A program made the position numbers and the translations under genes. DNA of 64,000 nucleotides from a virus (Duplodnaviria; Caudoviricetes), in the IMG/VR virus record IMGVR_UViG_2721755523_000003, positions 9,614-73,613 of that record; one strand, given 5' to 3'. Shown here one piece after another: positions 27,080 to 39,100 of this stretch (the stretch's first letter is position 1; every line of letters starts with the position of its first letter). The notes under the pieces were generated by a model. The model did not search any database and was not told where the DNA came from. It saw nothing but the letters and a program-made list of their open reading frames with translations.

Positions 27080-28993
27080 TCACATTTCAAGCACATCAAG
27101 CGACCTATTTTCTGGGGTGAAATAACGCCCAACGACCAAATCAGTGGCCTCAAGATCGGAATTTATCTCCGAAGTGGCAAATATCAGCTGATAGTCAACC
27201 TGATATGTTGAACATTCGTCCACAATGATTTTTTGCAACCGATGACTTCTCTCCACCTCCATGCCACCATCATCAATACCGTCTAACATCATAAATCGTG
27301 GAAGGCGCATAAATTCTTTTTCAGTACTCACTGTGAGGAATGCCAAGTGGAATATATGACGAAGTACCACGGCGGAGCTTTCCGAAAAATTCCTTACTCC
27401 GTTCACGTAAACTGAATTCTCTACAAAATCAAAGGTGGCGAATTCAGCATTAATAAATTCAGGAGTCAATGGCAAATCCATGCCTAACAATCTGACCATC
27501 ACCTTGCTAACAGCTTCAGCCACCTCCTTCTTCCGGGATTCTTGCTGCCTCTCAAGAAGAAGAATTGAATCTTCTAGCTTACTCTCTTCATTTCTAAATT
27601 CATCTCTTTGTTTTTGCAGATCGGTTATTACTGCAGCCAGCTTTTGCTGCTCATAAGCCTGAATTATCTCCCGATCTAATGAACCAAGCTCTCTCGAGGA
27701 TGCCTCTATAGCCGTCTCCACATCAGTGGACCAGACATTTGCCACACTACTGTAATCCTGTTCCAAAGATCTTATTCGTTGCGACAAATGCGGAAGATCA
27801 GTACGCAATTTACTTATCTCCTCCTCTCTAATATTTTTCAGAATACGAGATTCATTAAGCTGAACCGCAATCTCATTCTTCATTCTTAGCAGTTGATTTT
27901 TCTCTGCTTCATCTCCAATATCACCGGTGCACAGATGACAAATATTATTATTTTCTTCCGGGCTTGGAAGCTTATTCAAACAACATGGGCAAAAAACAAA
28001 GCTCAACTTTCCAAAATAGTTGCGCGTCTCCTTAGACTCATCAAGACTCTGCAACCTAGACTCCAGCTCTTTGATGAATTGGTTCGAATCTTTTAATTCA
28101 AGCTCAAGAGCAGAAATCTGATCCTTTGTTTTTGACTCTTCATGTTTGGCATCATTGAGCTGGCTCCTCAAATTATTGATATTCGCCACACTACTCAGAT
28201 CTGTAGGGACGGATCGCTCCAGCTTTATTTTTGCTATTTTATCGATAAGAGCGTTTCTAGCCGACTCCAATTCGACAGTCCTTTCATTAAGGAACTCTAA
28301 ATCTGGAGTTTGGCCAGACCGCCCCAGTACTCCAAAAATACTTTTCAACTCACTCTCTCGTTTTGAAATATGAGCCTGAACTTCTCTCAAACGAATCTGA
28401 GCATCATGCAAAGTGTCATCATATACCCCAGACAAATAACCACCAATCATCTCCCTATTTAAGGGACTGTCAAAGCTATCAAGCCTAAATATAGGACTAT
28501 GAACACTCGGCTGATCAGCATAAAGCACCCGTAAAATCTGGTGCATTGTCAGATTTGAAGATCCCGCACCTTGCGCCTGCGGCAAATCAAGAGCCGCAAA
28601 CAATGCTTGTGAAAAACTGATGCAATTAGCACTTCGCTTAAATGGATAATGCTCCCATTTCAAAAAGCCCGCCTTCAGAGACTCCTCATAGCTCCCCCAA
28701 AATATAGCCATCGGCCTTTGGGTTGTCACACCTATATCACGCTTTAAGCACGCAGTCTTGCCGTTCAAAAGAACTTCCACGCAAGTGCTTGTGCATTGAA
28801 GCGCTCCCTTCTTCCAACGAATATTTTCAGCACCCAACCCAAAGGCGAGCATATCCATTATTGTTGTTTTCCCCGAACTATTCCTACCTCTTATAATATT
28901 TACGCCAGATTTAAACTTGCAGTCAAATGCCACATGAGCGCCCTGAAATACAACCAACCTACTAACCATTAGGGTGGGTTCAAGCAGGGTCAT
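27080..28993 (-). CDS. lmuB: SMC/Rad50-like ABC ATPase of a Lamassu (ABC-3C) system, short coiled-coil type
   Basis: Walker A GRNSSGKT, coiled coils, CPCC...CHLC zinc-hook-like motif, FSESS signature, MMLDGIDDGGME Walker B. Confidence 0.85.
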   Translation of the reverse strand: MTLLEPTLMVSRLVVFQGAHVAFDCKFKSGVNIIRGRNSSGKTTIMDMLAFGLGAENIRWKKGALQCTSTCVEVLLNGKTACLKRDIGVTTQRPMAIFWGSYEESLKAGFLKWEHYPFKRSANCISFSQALFAALDLPQAQGAGSSNLTMHQILRVLYADQPSVHSPIFRLDSFDSPLNREMIGGYLSGVYDDTLHDAQIRLREVQAHISKRESELKSIFGVLGRSGQTPDLEFLNERTVELESARNALIDKIAKIKLERSVPTDLSSVANINNLRSQLNDAKHEESKTKDQISALELELKDSNQFIKELESRLQSLDESKETRNYFGKLSFVFCPCCLNKLPSPEENNNICHLCTGDIGDEAEKNQLLRMKNEIAVQLNESRILKNIREEEISKLRTDLPHLSQRIRSLEQDYSSVANVWSTDVETAIEASSRELGSLDREIIQAYEQQKLAAVITDLQKQRDEFRNEESKLEDSILLLERQQESRKKEVAEAVSKVMVRLLGMDLPLTPEFINAEFATFDFVENSVYVNGVRNFSESSAVVLRHIFHLAFLTVSTEKEFMRLPRFMMLDGIDDGGMEVERSHRLQKIIVDECSTYQVDYQLIFATSEINSDLEATDLVVGRYFTPENRSLDVLEM

Positions 28994-29480
28994 AACGATA
29001 CTCCATAAGGTGCGTCCTATCCTTTAATCCATTCTTACCTAGCAAAGGCACTTGCGACAAACCAATGATCGCGCTCAAACCAACTGATCCGGTTGACTCC
29101 AGAATATTTTCAATTCTCTGCTCAATACCAACCGGCAATGGCTTTAATGAACGAGATACATATCCCTTTGAATAGCTATCAAGATCAAAAAAACCAGATG
29201 CGACTACTGATCGCAGCGCTGCATCTTGAATCCCCTTCATTTCATGAAAGGTAGCTACCTCACTTAAAGGGTCCCTATAAATATTTGCAAGCTTCTTTGA
29301 TTCTCTTCTCAAGCCAATTAACTCCGAAGGAAGTTTTATATTGGCCACGGATCCGGGAAAAACCAGATAGAAATCCAACAATCTAATTTTATCCGTCTCC
29401 ACTTTATTTATATGCTCTGATATCAACAACAACCGAAATATGCAATGATAAGCATCATACGCAGGATGGTATATCAGCAT
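28980..29480 (-). CDS. lmuC: ABC-3C middle component / LmuC
   Basis: 166 aa MLIYHPAYDAYHCIFRLL...IRLLDFYLVFP; overlaps both neighbours; lmuA-lmuC-lmuB order. Confidence 0.78.
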   Translation of the reverse strand: MLIYHPAYDAYHCIFRLLLISEHINKVETDKIRLLDFYLVFPGSVANIKLPSELIGLRRESKKLANIYRDPLSEVATFHEMKGIQDAALRSVVASGFFDLDSYSKGYVSRSLKPLPVGIEQRIENILESTGSVGLSAIIGLSQVPLLGKNGLKDRTHLMEYRYDPA

Positions 29481-30061
29481 TTATCCCACCTAATATGGCA
29501 GTTTCCACCCAAAAAATACAACATCCCTATCAAATCCATTGAATCGAATTCAAGTATATTCTCACCTAATATTGAACCAGTGGATTGGACAACAACATTA
29601 ATACTCCCGTCTACCGCTACTCTACCCCCATCCTCCTGAATAACGGGAGTCACGATAAGAGTAAATTTTGCATGCAAATCAGTCAATACGATTGTAAATA
29701 TTCTTTGGGCAGTCTTTGAGGTTTGAAATCTCAGAATTTTCTTAAAAATCTTCTCTTTAGATTTCATTGCCTCCAATAGCAAATCTTTTCGACCGCTATC
29801 AGTAAGTTTAGCCTCAAGCCCTCTAACATCACCATCTACAACCGCACCCATATAATGCAGTAGCTTTTCCGAAAACTCACCCCCGGATGAATCTCCCTGA
29901 CCATCCACCCTGAGCTTGTCGTAAAGAAAATTCAGCTCTGTATTTACTGAGCCAATTGATGAGAAATTAACAACAGTCGACCTACTATTGTCATACTTAT
30001 CCCCACCAACTATATCACCCTCTGCCCGGTTATGGCTTTGACTGGTAAACAAGAAAATCAC
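29474..30061 (-). CDS. lmuA: LmuA-like protein: ABC-3C C-terminal domain with a short N-terminal repeat motif and no catalytic effector
   Basis: 195 aa, GTG start; N-term SQSHNRAEGDIVGGDK; C-term IGMLYFLGGNCHIRWD. Confidence 0.7.
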   Translation of the reverse strand: MIFLFTSQSHNRAEGDIVGGDKYDNSRSTVVNFSSIGSVNTELNFLYDKLRVDGQGDSSGGEFSEKLLHYMGAVVDGDVRGLEAKLTDSGRKDLLLEAMKSKEKIFKKILRFQTSKTAQRIFTIVLTDLHAKFTLIVTPVIQEDGGRVAVDGSINVVVQSTGSILGENILEFDSMDLIGMLYFLGGNCHIRWDKC

Positions 30062-30237
30062 CTACGATTATTTTTATTCATATCACCAGCAGCCATATCG
30101 CCGCCTACTATGTTATTTTTCTGAGAAACGATCCGTGTATTTTTATTTCGAGAAGATCGGTAAGAAAACATTATTTTAAGCGTCCAACCCGAACCAAGAC
30201 CTACCAAAAATGAAATCAAGTGAGTTACCCATTCCAT
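30058..30237 (-). CDS. Unannotated 59-aa transmembrane peptide with C-terminal SQxxNxxxGDxxxGD motif (candidate Lamassu effector)
   Basis: Manual translation MEWVTHLISFLVGLGSGWTLKIMFSYRSSRNKNTRIVSQKNNIVGGDMAAGDMNKNNRR; AAGGAG RBS 5 nt upstream; GTGA overlap with lmuA start; just below the ORF-track cutoff. Confidence 0.85.
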   Translation of the reverse strand: MEWVTHLISFLVGLGSGWTLKIMFSYRSSRNKNTRIVSQKNNIVGGDMAAGDMNKNNRR

Positions 30238-30364
30238 ACCTTCTCCTTACGTAGTTGCTAGCCAATGTATCAGAGTGTACAAAAAAGGTCCAGTAGTGGA
30301 CTGCTGCACTTGCGAACCTATGGTCCACTTCCTCTGTCAAAGTAAATTGGCAGACAATTCCGTC

Positions 30365-31582
30365 TTATGAATACCACATCCGATCCGCCAAATCCTCAAC
30401 GCGGAAGCTAGCATATCTCATCGCCATTCCACTCCCCGAGGCCCAGCCCATGATGCGGTGAATCTCGACGTCACGGAACATCCAACCTCCGCTCTTTGTT
30501 CGCATCTCGAACCACTGGCAAGTCGCCTCATGCCGAAGGTCATGCTCGGTCAATCCTGGACATTGAGCGTAGCTAAATAAGTTTGCAAATCTGTTCGATA
30601 GACGAGAAGACGTTCTCGTTAACTCTCTCTGACCTCCTTCCCCTGTCCACCAAGGAAAAATTGGCTGATCCTCTACGTGCCCGGGAAACATCTCCAAGTA
30701 GTGCTTGAGAATAGCGAATAGTTCTGGCCGAATCGGTACGTCACGATACTTCAGTCTGCCATGCCATTGTTTACTAACCTTAGCGCGTATAGTTCGAGTC
30801 GCCAAGTTCACTTGGCCAAAGGTCAGCGTGTATGCCTCACGTAAACGCAAACCGGTATAGAGGATCAACAGGAACAAGGTACGCAATGCCGGGGCATCTT
30901 CCTGCTTGATGCTGCGCTCCCGATCCGGACGGCGCTCTCCAGCCAGAACCCGCTCGATTCGTTCCAGCTCGCCAGGCAGCAGGCGCCGCTCACGCTGGAC
31001 GTCTTCCTTGGCCACCTTTGGCTTGGACTGGTCGCCGGCCGCAGCGTTGAGTGCCTCAATGTCCGCGCGATCTTTCTGGGTGTAGGTGGCAGCCCCTTTG
31101 GGCAACAGCCGCAGCGGGTTGCCCACCATCGCATCGGGATGTTGTCGAAGCCACCAGTCCAAGCAGCGGGACAGTGAGCCTATGCGTTTGCGGATAGTGC
31201 CGGGGGCGAAATTGCGCTCCAGCTTGAGGCTGCGCACCCAGGCCTCGGCCCATTTGTAGGTGAGGTCGGCAATCAGAACCTTACCCAGCTCGGCTACCAG
31301 CAGATCAAGAACGGGGATATCGGTGGCAGCTGGCTGGCCGGTATTGATCCAGGCGATCAGCACGAAACGCAGCCGCTCCCTGGGCTTTGGCGCGGAGACG
31401 TTCTGCTGCACCAAGCCTGCAGGCACCACGCCAGCAGCGAGCAGCTGGTCGACCTGGTGGCCATACTGCTGGGCCTCGGCCTCGTCGTCGAAAGTCATGT
31501 AGACAGGCTTGGGCAGCAGCTTACTGCGGATGGTCAGCTCATAGCGCCCACGGGGCGTCTTGCGCACACTCGACACACTCAC
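30365..31582 (-). CDS. int: Tyrosine recombinase (phage integrase)
   Basis: YTGLRLRE, HDLRHEA, IMGW...MRYA catalytic motifs. Confidence 0.92.
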   Translation of the reverse strand: MSVSSVRKTPRGRYELTIRSKLLPKPVYMTFDDEAEAQQYGHQVDQLLAAGVVPAGLVQQNVSAPKPRERLRFVLIAWINTGQPAATDIPVLDLLVAELGKVLIADLTYKWAEAWVRSLKLERNFAPGTIRKRIGSLSRCLDWWLRQHPDAMVGNPLRLLPKGAATYTQKDRADIEALNAAAGDQSKPKVAKEDVQRERRLLPGELERIERVLAGERRPDRERSIKQEDAPALRTLFLLILYTGLRLREAYTLTFGQVNLATRTIRAKVSKQWHGRLKYRDVPIRPELFAILKHYLEMFPGHVEDQPIFPWWTGEGGQRELTRTSSRLSNRFANLFSYAQCPGLTEHDLRHEATCQWFEMRTKSGGWMFRDVEIHRIMGWASGSGMAMRYASFRVEDLADRMWYS

Positions 31583-31708
31583 CTCCCATTGATGCTCGGG
31601 CGGAGTGTACTCACCTCATCGACAAACTCAGAAGATTAGGTGTGGTTCGACCGCAGTTTCGGCGCGGTTTGAGGTCGATTGAGCCCATATTGAGGTGGGC
31701 CGGAAATG

Positions 31709-31730
31709 AAAAAAGGCCCCGAGGGGCCTT
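31709..31730 (-). terminator. Terminator downstream of tRNA operon
   Basis: AAGGCCCC-TC-GGGGCCTTTTTT on the minus strand. Confidence 0.75.
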
Positions 31731-31758
31731 ATAAGTATTTGATTTTCTTTAAATTTTT

Positions 31759-31832
31759 TGGAGGCGCGAACCAGAGTCGAACTGGTCTAACCGGATTTGC
31801 AATCCGGGGCATAACCGCTTTGCTATCGCGCC
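31759..31832 (-). tRNA. tRNA-Cys(GCA)
   Basis: GGCGCGATAGCAAAGCGGTTATGCCCCGGATTGCAAATCCGG...GTTCGACTCTGGTTCGCGCCTCCA, cloverleaf. Confidence 0.95.
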
Positions 31833-31876
31833 AAGATCACTATCAAAACATGCAGCATTGCTGCAGTTTCTAAAAC

Positions 31877-31952
31877 TGGAGCGGGAAAACGGGTTCGAAC
31901 CGTCGACCTCAACCTTGGCAAGGTTGCGCTCTACCAACTGAGCTATTCCCGC
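31877..31952 (-). tRNA. tRNA-Gly(GCC)
   Basis: GCGGGAATAGCTCAGTTGGTAGAGCGCAACCTTGCCAAGGTTG...CCCGCTCCA. Confidence 0.97.
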
Positions 31953-32011
31953 AAAAAATTCAAGCAACCAACCGTCACCTGAATCGGCTGTGCACTAGGC
32001 ACATCCAAAAC

Positions 32012-32087
32012 TGGAGCGGGAAAACGGGTTCGAACCGTCGACCTCAACCTTGGCAAGGTTGCGCTCTACCAACTGAGCTATTCCCGC
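32012..32087 (-). tRNA. tRNA-Gly(GCC)
   Basis: Identical second copy. Confidence 0.97.
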
Positions 32088-32154
32088 TTGAATCATCCAT
32101 TCTGGCAGCCAACCGCCACCAGAACCGAACAAACCCGAAAGCATGTTCAAAATC

Positions 32155-32230
32155 TGGAGCGGGAAAACGGGTTCGAACCGTCGACCTCAACCTTGGCAAG
32201 GTTGCGCTCTACCAACTGAGCTATTCCCGC
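32155..32230 (-). tRNA. tRNA-Gly(GCC)
   Basis: Identical third copy. Confidence 0.97.
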
Positions 32231-32333
32231 ATTTCTACCGAAGCCTGACATTCTACAACGTCGTTTGCTGCGATGGGATGAATTGTAGCGTAGTTCTTGG
32301 AGGGTTCAGGAAAAACGCTACATTTTTTCATCT

Positions 32334-34748
<2,415 letters not shown>

Positions 34749-34800
34749 GGGAATCCTCGGTTTGTCAGCGGAAGATGGTCCGCACACCGGTGTATTTCAA

Positions 34801-34833
34801 CCCTGCGGCCCGAAAGGATTTCGGGCCGCAGGG
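34801..34833. terminator. Perfect 15-bp-stem hairpin between clpX and lon
   Basis: CCCTGCGGCCCGAAA-GGA-TTTCGGGCCGCAGGG. Confidence 0.6.
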
Positions 34834-34868
34834 ACTTGCGCTGCCGGACCTTTGCAGGCGGCGGCGCA

Positions 34869-36131
34869 TCAGGCCTTCTTGGCCGCTTCGCGGTAAACCA
34901 GCAGCGGCGCCTTTCCGTCTTCGATGGTGGACTCGTCCACCACTACCTTTTCGACATTGTCGGCATTGGGCAGCTCGTACATGGTGCCGATCAGCGATTG
35001 CTCCAGGATGGAGCGCAGGCCACGGGCACCCGTCTTGCGCGCCAGCGCCTTGCGGGCGATGGCCTTGAGCGCGGCAGGCCGGATCTCCAGCTCCACGCCT
35101 TCCATGGCCAGCAGCTTGCTGTACTGCTTGACCAGGGCGTTCTTGGGCTCGGTCAGGATCTGCACCAGGGCGTCTTCGCCCAGTTCGGCCAGGGCCGTGA
35201 CCACGGGCATGCGGCCGACCAGCTCGGGGATGATGCCGAACTTGATCAGGTCTTCAGGCTCGATCTCCTGGAACACTTCCGAGATGGAGCGCTGCTTCTT
35301 GCTCTTGACCGTGGCGCCAAAGCCGATGCCGGACGCCTCGGTGCGGTTCTCGATGACCTTCTCCAGGCCCGCGAACGCGCCGCCGCAGATGAACAGGATG
35401 TTGGTCGTGTCGATCTGCAGAAAGTCCTGGTTCGGATGCTTGCGGCCGCCTTGCGGGGGAACGCTGGCCATGGTGCCTTCGATGAGCTTGAGCAGGGCCT
35501 GCTGCACGCCCTCGCCAGACACGTCGCGCGTGATGCTGGGGTTGTCGGACTTGCGCGAGATCTTGTCGATCTCGTCGATGTAGACGATGCCGCGCTGTGC
35601 ACGCTCGACGTCGTACTCGCAGCTTTGCAGCAGCTTCTGGATGATGTTCTCGACGTCCTCGCCCACGTAGCCGGCCTCGGTCAGCGTGGTGGCATCAGCC
35701 ATGACGAAGGGAACGTTGAGCATGCGCGCCAGCGTCTGCGCCAGCAGCGTCTTGCCGGAGCCCGTGGGACCGATGAGCAGGATGTTGCTCTTGGCCAGCT
35801 CAATCTCGTCCTTGCCGGCCTTGTCCTTGTGACGCAGGCGCTTGTAGTGGTTGTAGACGGCAACGGCCAGCGTGCGCTTGGGCAGGTCCTGGCCAATCAC
35901 GTAGTTGTCGAGGTTGGCCTTGATTTCGGCGGGCGTGGGCAGGTCGCCTCGGCCGTCCTTGGCCTCGGTGCTGGGCTGCTCGTCGCGGATGATCTCGTTG
36001 CAGAGATCGATGCACTCGTCGCAGATAAAGACTGACGGACCCGCGATCAGCTTCTTGACCTCATGCTGGCTCTTGCCGCAGAAGGTGCAATAAAGGTTTT
36101 TTTCGCTGGAGGAGCCTTTTTTCTCGGCCAT
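34869..36131 (-). CDS. clpX: ClpX ATPase
   Basis: [17 protein letters not shown] zinc finger, [21 protein letters not shown]. Confidence 0.98.
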   Translation of the reverse strand: MAEKKGSSSEKNLYCTFCGKSQHEVKKLIAGPSVFICDECIDLCNEIIRDEQPSTEAKDGRGDLPTPAEIKANLDNYVIGQDLPKRTLAVAVYNHYKRLRHKDKAGKDEIELAKSNILLIGPTGSGKTLLAQTLARMLNVPFVMADATTLTEAGYVGEDVENIIQKLLQSCEYDVERAQRGIVYIDEIDKISRKSDNPSITRDVSGEGVQQALLKLIEGTMASVPPQGGRKHPNQDFLQIDTTNILFICGGAFAGLEKVIENRTEASGIGFGATVKSKKQRSISEVFQEIEPEDLIKFGIIPELVGRMPVVTALAELGEDALVQILTEPKNALVKQYSKLLAMEGVELEIRPAALKAIARKALARKTGARGLRSILEQSLIGTMYELPNADNVEKVVVDESTIEDGKAPLLVYREAAKKA

Positions 36132-36184
36132 GGGGTCGGTGCCTTGTTACAGAAATATGGAAAAGGATGATAACCAAATGGAAA

Positions 36185-36214
36185 GCGGCGTTTTCCGTAG
36201 GGGGAAAACGCCGC
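36185..36214. terminator. Hairpin between clpP and clpX
   Basis: GCGGCGTTTTCC-N6-GGAAAACGCCGC. Confidence 0.55.
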
Positions 36215-36238
36215 CCATTCTCATGCAGCCTCCGGACT

Positions 36239-36847
36239 TCAGGAGCGCTTGTTGATCACCTGATCGACCAGGCCGTAGTCCTTGGCTTCCTCGGCGGACA
36301 GGAAGTAGTCGCGTTCGGTGTCGTGCTGGATCTTTTCCAGCGGCCGGCCCGTACGCTCGGCCAGGATCTTGTTCAGGCGCTCGCGGGTCTTGAGGATTTC
36401 GCGTGCGTGGATTTCGATCTCGGTGGCCTGGCCCTGCATGCCGCCCAGCGGCTGGTGGATCATGACCTGGGAGTTGGGCAGCGCAAAGCGCTTGCCCTTG
36501 GTGCCAGCGGCCAGCAGGAAGGCGCCCATGCTGGCAGCGATGCCGGTGCACAGCGTGGACACATCGGGCTTGATGAAGTTCATCGTGTCGAAGATGGCCA
36601 GGCCGGCGCTCACGGAGCCGCCGGGGCTGTTGATGTAGAACGAAATGTCCTTGTCGGGGTTTTCGCTTTCAAGGAACAGCAGCTGGGCCACGACGAGGTT
36701 GGCCGTCTGGTCATTGACAGGGCCCACCAGGAAGATCACCCGGTCCTTGAGCAGGCGCGAGTAGATGTCGTACGACCGCTCTCCGCGGCCGGACTGTTCG
36801 ATGACCATTGGGATCATGCCCAAACCCTGAGTTTCCAATGCGCTCAT
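36239..36847 (-). CDS. clpP: ClpP protease
   Basis: [33 protein letters not shown]. Confidence 0.98.
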   Translation of the reverse strand: MSALETQGLGMIPMVIEQSGRGERSYDIYSRLLKDRVIFLVGPVNDQTANLVVAQLLFLESENPDKDISFYINSPGGSVSAGLAIFDTMNFIKPDVSTLCTGIAASMGAFLLAAGTKGKRFALPNSQVMIHQPLGGMQGQATEIEIHAREILKTRERLNKILAERTGRPLEKIQHDTERDYFLSAEEAKDYGLVDQVINKRS

Positions 36848-36896
36848 GTTTTCTCCAGTACTAGGGGGCTACTTTAGCCGTATCCGGAAAGAAAAT

Positions 36897-36924
36897 GGGG
36901 CTTGTGCGCCAAAGCACAAGCCCC
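36897..36924. terminator. Hairpin after tig
   Basis: GGGGCTTGTGC-N6-GCACAAGCCCC. Confidence 0.55.
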
Positions 36925-36982
36925 GCAGATGCCAACCCGCCCGCCGATCTCACGAAGCGGCAGGCAGGCGGTGCTCAAACCC

Positions 36983-38293
36983 TCAGGCCTGGCCCATCAG
37001 TTCGTCGAAGGACACGGCCTTGTCGGAGACCTTGGCCTTGCCCAGCACGAACTCGGTCACGTTGTTTTCGATGACAACGGCTTCGACTTCAGCCAGGCGT
37101 TGGCGGTCGCCGAAGTACCAGCGTGCCACGTCTTCGGGCTTTTCGTAGCTGGCGGCCAGCTCTTCCACGTGGGCCTTGATCTGGTCGGGCGTGGCGTGCA
37201 GCTCGTTGGCGCGCACCAGCTCGGCCACCACCAGGCCCAGGCGCACGCGGCGCTCGGCTTGGGGCAGGAACACGTCTTCAGGGATCTCGGCCTTCTCGGC
37301 GTCCTTGATGCCGCGCTGCTGCAGCTCGGCGCGGGCGCCTTCCAGCAGACGTGCGACTTCAGCCTGCACCGAAGCCTTGGGCAGTTCCAGCTCGGCCTTG
37401 GACACCAGGGCGTCCATCACGGCCTGCTTGTTGCGGCCTTGGACACGGAACTTGACTTCACGCTCCAGGTTCTTCTTGATGTCGGCGCGCAGGCCTTCGA
37501 CCGTGCCTTCAGCCACGCCCAGTGCCTTGGCAAAGGCCTCGTCCACTTCGGGCAGATTGGCGGCTTCGATCTTCTTGACCGTCACCAGGAAGTCAGCGGT
37601 CTTGCCGGCCACGTCCTTGCCGTGGTAATCGGCGGGGAATGCCAGCGGGAAGGTCTTGGACTCGCCAGCCTTCATGCCGCGCACTGCGTCTTCGAATTCC
37701 TTGAGCATCTGGCCTTCGCCAACCAGGAACTGGAAGTCTTCAGCCTTGCCGCCGGAGAAGGTCTCGCCGTCGATCTTGCCTTCGAAGTCCACGGTCACGC
37801 GGTCGCCGTCCACGGCCACATCGGCCTGGGCGCGCTGTGCGAAGGTGCGGCGCTGCTTGCGCAGGATGTCCACGGTCTTGTCGATGGCGGCGTCGTCCAC
37901 TTCGGCGGTCAGCTTCTCGACTTCGGCCGAGGTCAGGTCACCGATCTTGACTTCAGGCATCACTTCGAAGATGGCTTCGAACTGGGCCTCGCCCTCGGGA
38001 GCGCCTTCCTTTTCGGAGATGCGGGGCTGGCCAGCCACGCGCAGCTTGGCTTCGTTGACGGCCTGTGCAAAAGCCTCGCCAACCTTGTCGTTGAGCACTT
38101 CGTACTGCACCGAGTAGCCATAACGCTGGGCCACCACGCTCATCGGCACCTTGCCGGGACGGAAGCCGTCCATCTTCACGGTGCGCGCCACCTGCTTCAG
38201 GCGGTTCTCGACTTCGCTCTGGATGGAGTTCAGGGGCAGGCTCAGCGTGATCTTGCGCTCGAGCTTTTCAAGGGTTTCAACAGTAACGGCCAT
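36983..38293 (-). CDS. tig: Trigger factor
   Basis: GFRPGKVP signature, FKBP domain; start MAVTVETL. Confidence 0.97.
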   Translation of the reverse strand: MAVTVETLEKLERKITLSLPLNSIQSEVENRLKQVARTVKMDGFRPGKVPMSVVAQRYGYSVQYEVLNDKVGEAFAQAVNEAKLRVAGQPRISEKEGAPEGEAQFEAIFEVMPEVKIGDLTSAEVEKLTAEVDDAAIDKTVDILRKQRRTFAQRAQADVAVDGDRVTVDFEGKIDGETFSGGKAEDFQFLVGEGQMLKEFEDAVRGMKAGESKTFPLAFPADYHGKDVAGKTADFLVTVKKIEAANLPEVDEAFAKALGVAEGTVEGLRADIKKNLEREVKFRVQGRNKQAVMDALVSKAELELPKASVQAEVARLLEGARAELQQRGIKDAEKAEIPEDVFLPQAERRVRLGLVVAELVRANELHATPDQIKAHVEELAASYEKPEDVARWYFGDRQRLAEVEAVVIENNVTEFVLGKAKVSDKAVSFDELMGQA

Positions 38294-38621
38294 GTTTGTT
38301 CCTATGAGGGATTGGACCGTGCCGGCTGCTGTACAGCCCGCACCGTATTGCGCAAAAGTCACGGTGCGACGCGAGCCAAGCCAGTCGGCCGCGCGGCACC
38401 TCAGATTTCAAGGGCTTACATCACATGCACCTGGCCGCTGGGGACCGCACATGGTTCGCTCAACCCGTGATGTAAGCGAAGCCGGACATTATAAACGAGG
38501 CGGTTTTGCCTTCCAGACGCGCGCTCTTGCAGGGGAATCCCGCAATCCGCCTGGCCAATGCGCCTCCTCTACAGGAAGCGGGCTTGAGCAGTGTTCGCCG
38601 CAGTTGAGCGGCGTTGGTGCG

Positions 38622-38635
38622 TGGTGCGCGGGGGG
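38622..38635 (-). other. Probable att core: duplicated 3' end of a tRNA (likely tRNA-Leu)
   Basis: CCCCCCGCGCACCA (acceptor-stem half plus CCA) upstream of tig, where a tRNA-Leu usually sits in Betaproteobacteria (recalled); intact copy predicted beyond 64000. Confidence 0.55.
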
Positions 38636-38806
38636 CGGGTCGTCAACCATTCAAAAACAATCACTTGCCTTCACTGCGCGGGATCCGTGCGGGCCAGCAA
38701 AAGGCTTTCGAGGCCGCCCGGCACACGCCAACCCAACATGCGCGCAGCCCGACCAAAGGCCCTGCCAGTCATCGCCAATCAGCATATGAAAAAGGGTCAC
38801 ATCAAA

Positions 38807-38851
38807 TTGAAACATCTGGTCATTCGACCTATACTGTATGTGCATACAGTA
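38807..38851 (+). promoter_or_regulatory. SOS-regulated sigma70 promoter with LexA box
   Basis: TTGAAA-17-TATACT, overlapped by TACTGTATGTGCATACAGTA (CTGT-N8-ACAG). Confidence 0.88.
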
Positions 38852-38864
38852 GAAAGAAGACGCG

Positions 38865-39083
38865 ATGCAGCACCAGATTGAGACGGTCAGGGACGATGTG
38901 GAAAGCGCCAGCGAGCAAGTGGCCGCCATCTGCGAGCTGCTGGCTGCAGCCCGGGGCACGGTCGTGCACGCCTCGGCCATTACCGCATTGCTGCTGCCCG
39001 TGTCACGCAAGCTCAGCGCGGCGGCGGGTGACCTGTCCGACCATCTGCATCGCAGCCAGGTAGTTGGCAGCAAGCGCTGCTAG
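38865..39083 (+). CDS. LexA-regulated 72-aa helical protein (candidate antirepressor or toxin)
   Basis: Directly downstream of the SOS promoter, followed by a strong hairpin. Confidence 0.7.
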   Translation: MQHQIETVRDDVESASEQVAAICELLAAARGTVVHASAITALLLPVSRKLSAAAGDLSDHLHRSQVVGSKRC

Positions 39084-39100
39084 ACCCTCTCACCCCCACC

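Larger units (their letters stand above)
1..31758. mobile_element. Lambda-like (siphovirus) prophage, left end outside window, integrated at or next to the 3' end of tRNA-Cys
   Basis: Contiguous tail-head-terminase-replication-cro/cI-xis-int gene set ending next to tRNA-Cys; the second att copy is not in the window. Confidence 0.92.

Noticed and set aside
27080-28993. ATPase as OLD/Gabija, Wadjet or RecN/SbcC
   Set aside because: No Toprim, UvrD, JetABD or SbcD partner; gene order and the small middle gene fit Lamassu/ABC-3C.
31877-32230. Three identical 76-bp direct repeats with unique spacers, CRISPR-like at first glance
   Set aside because: Each repeat is a complete tRNA-Gly(GCC); no cas genes are present.
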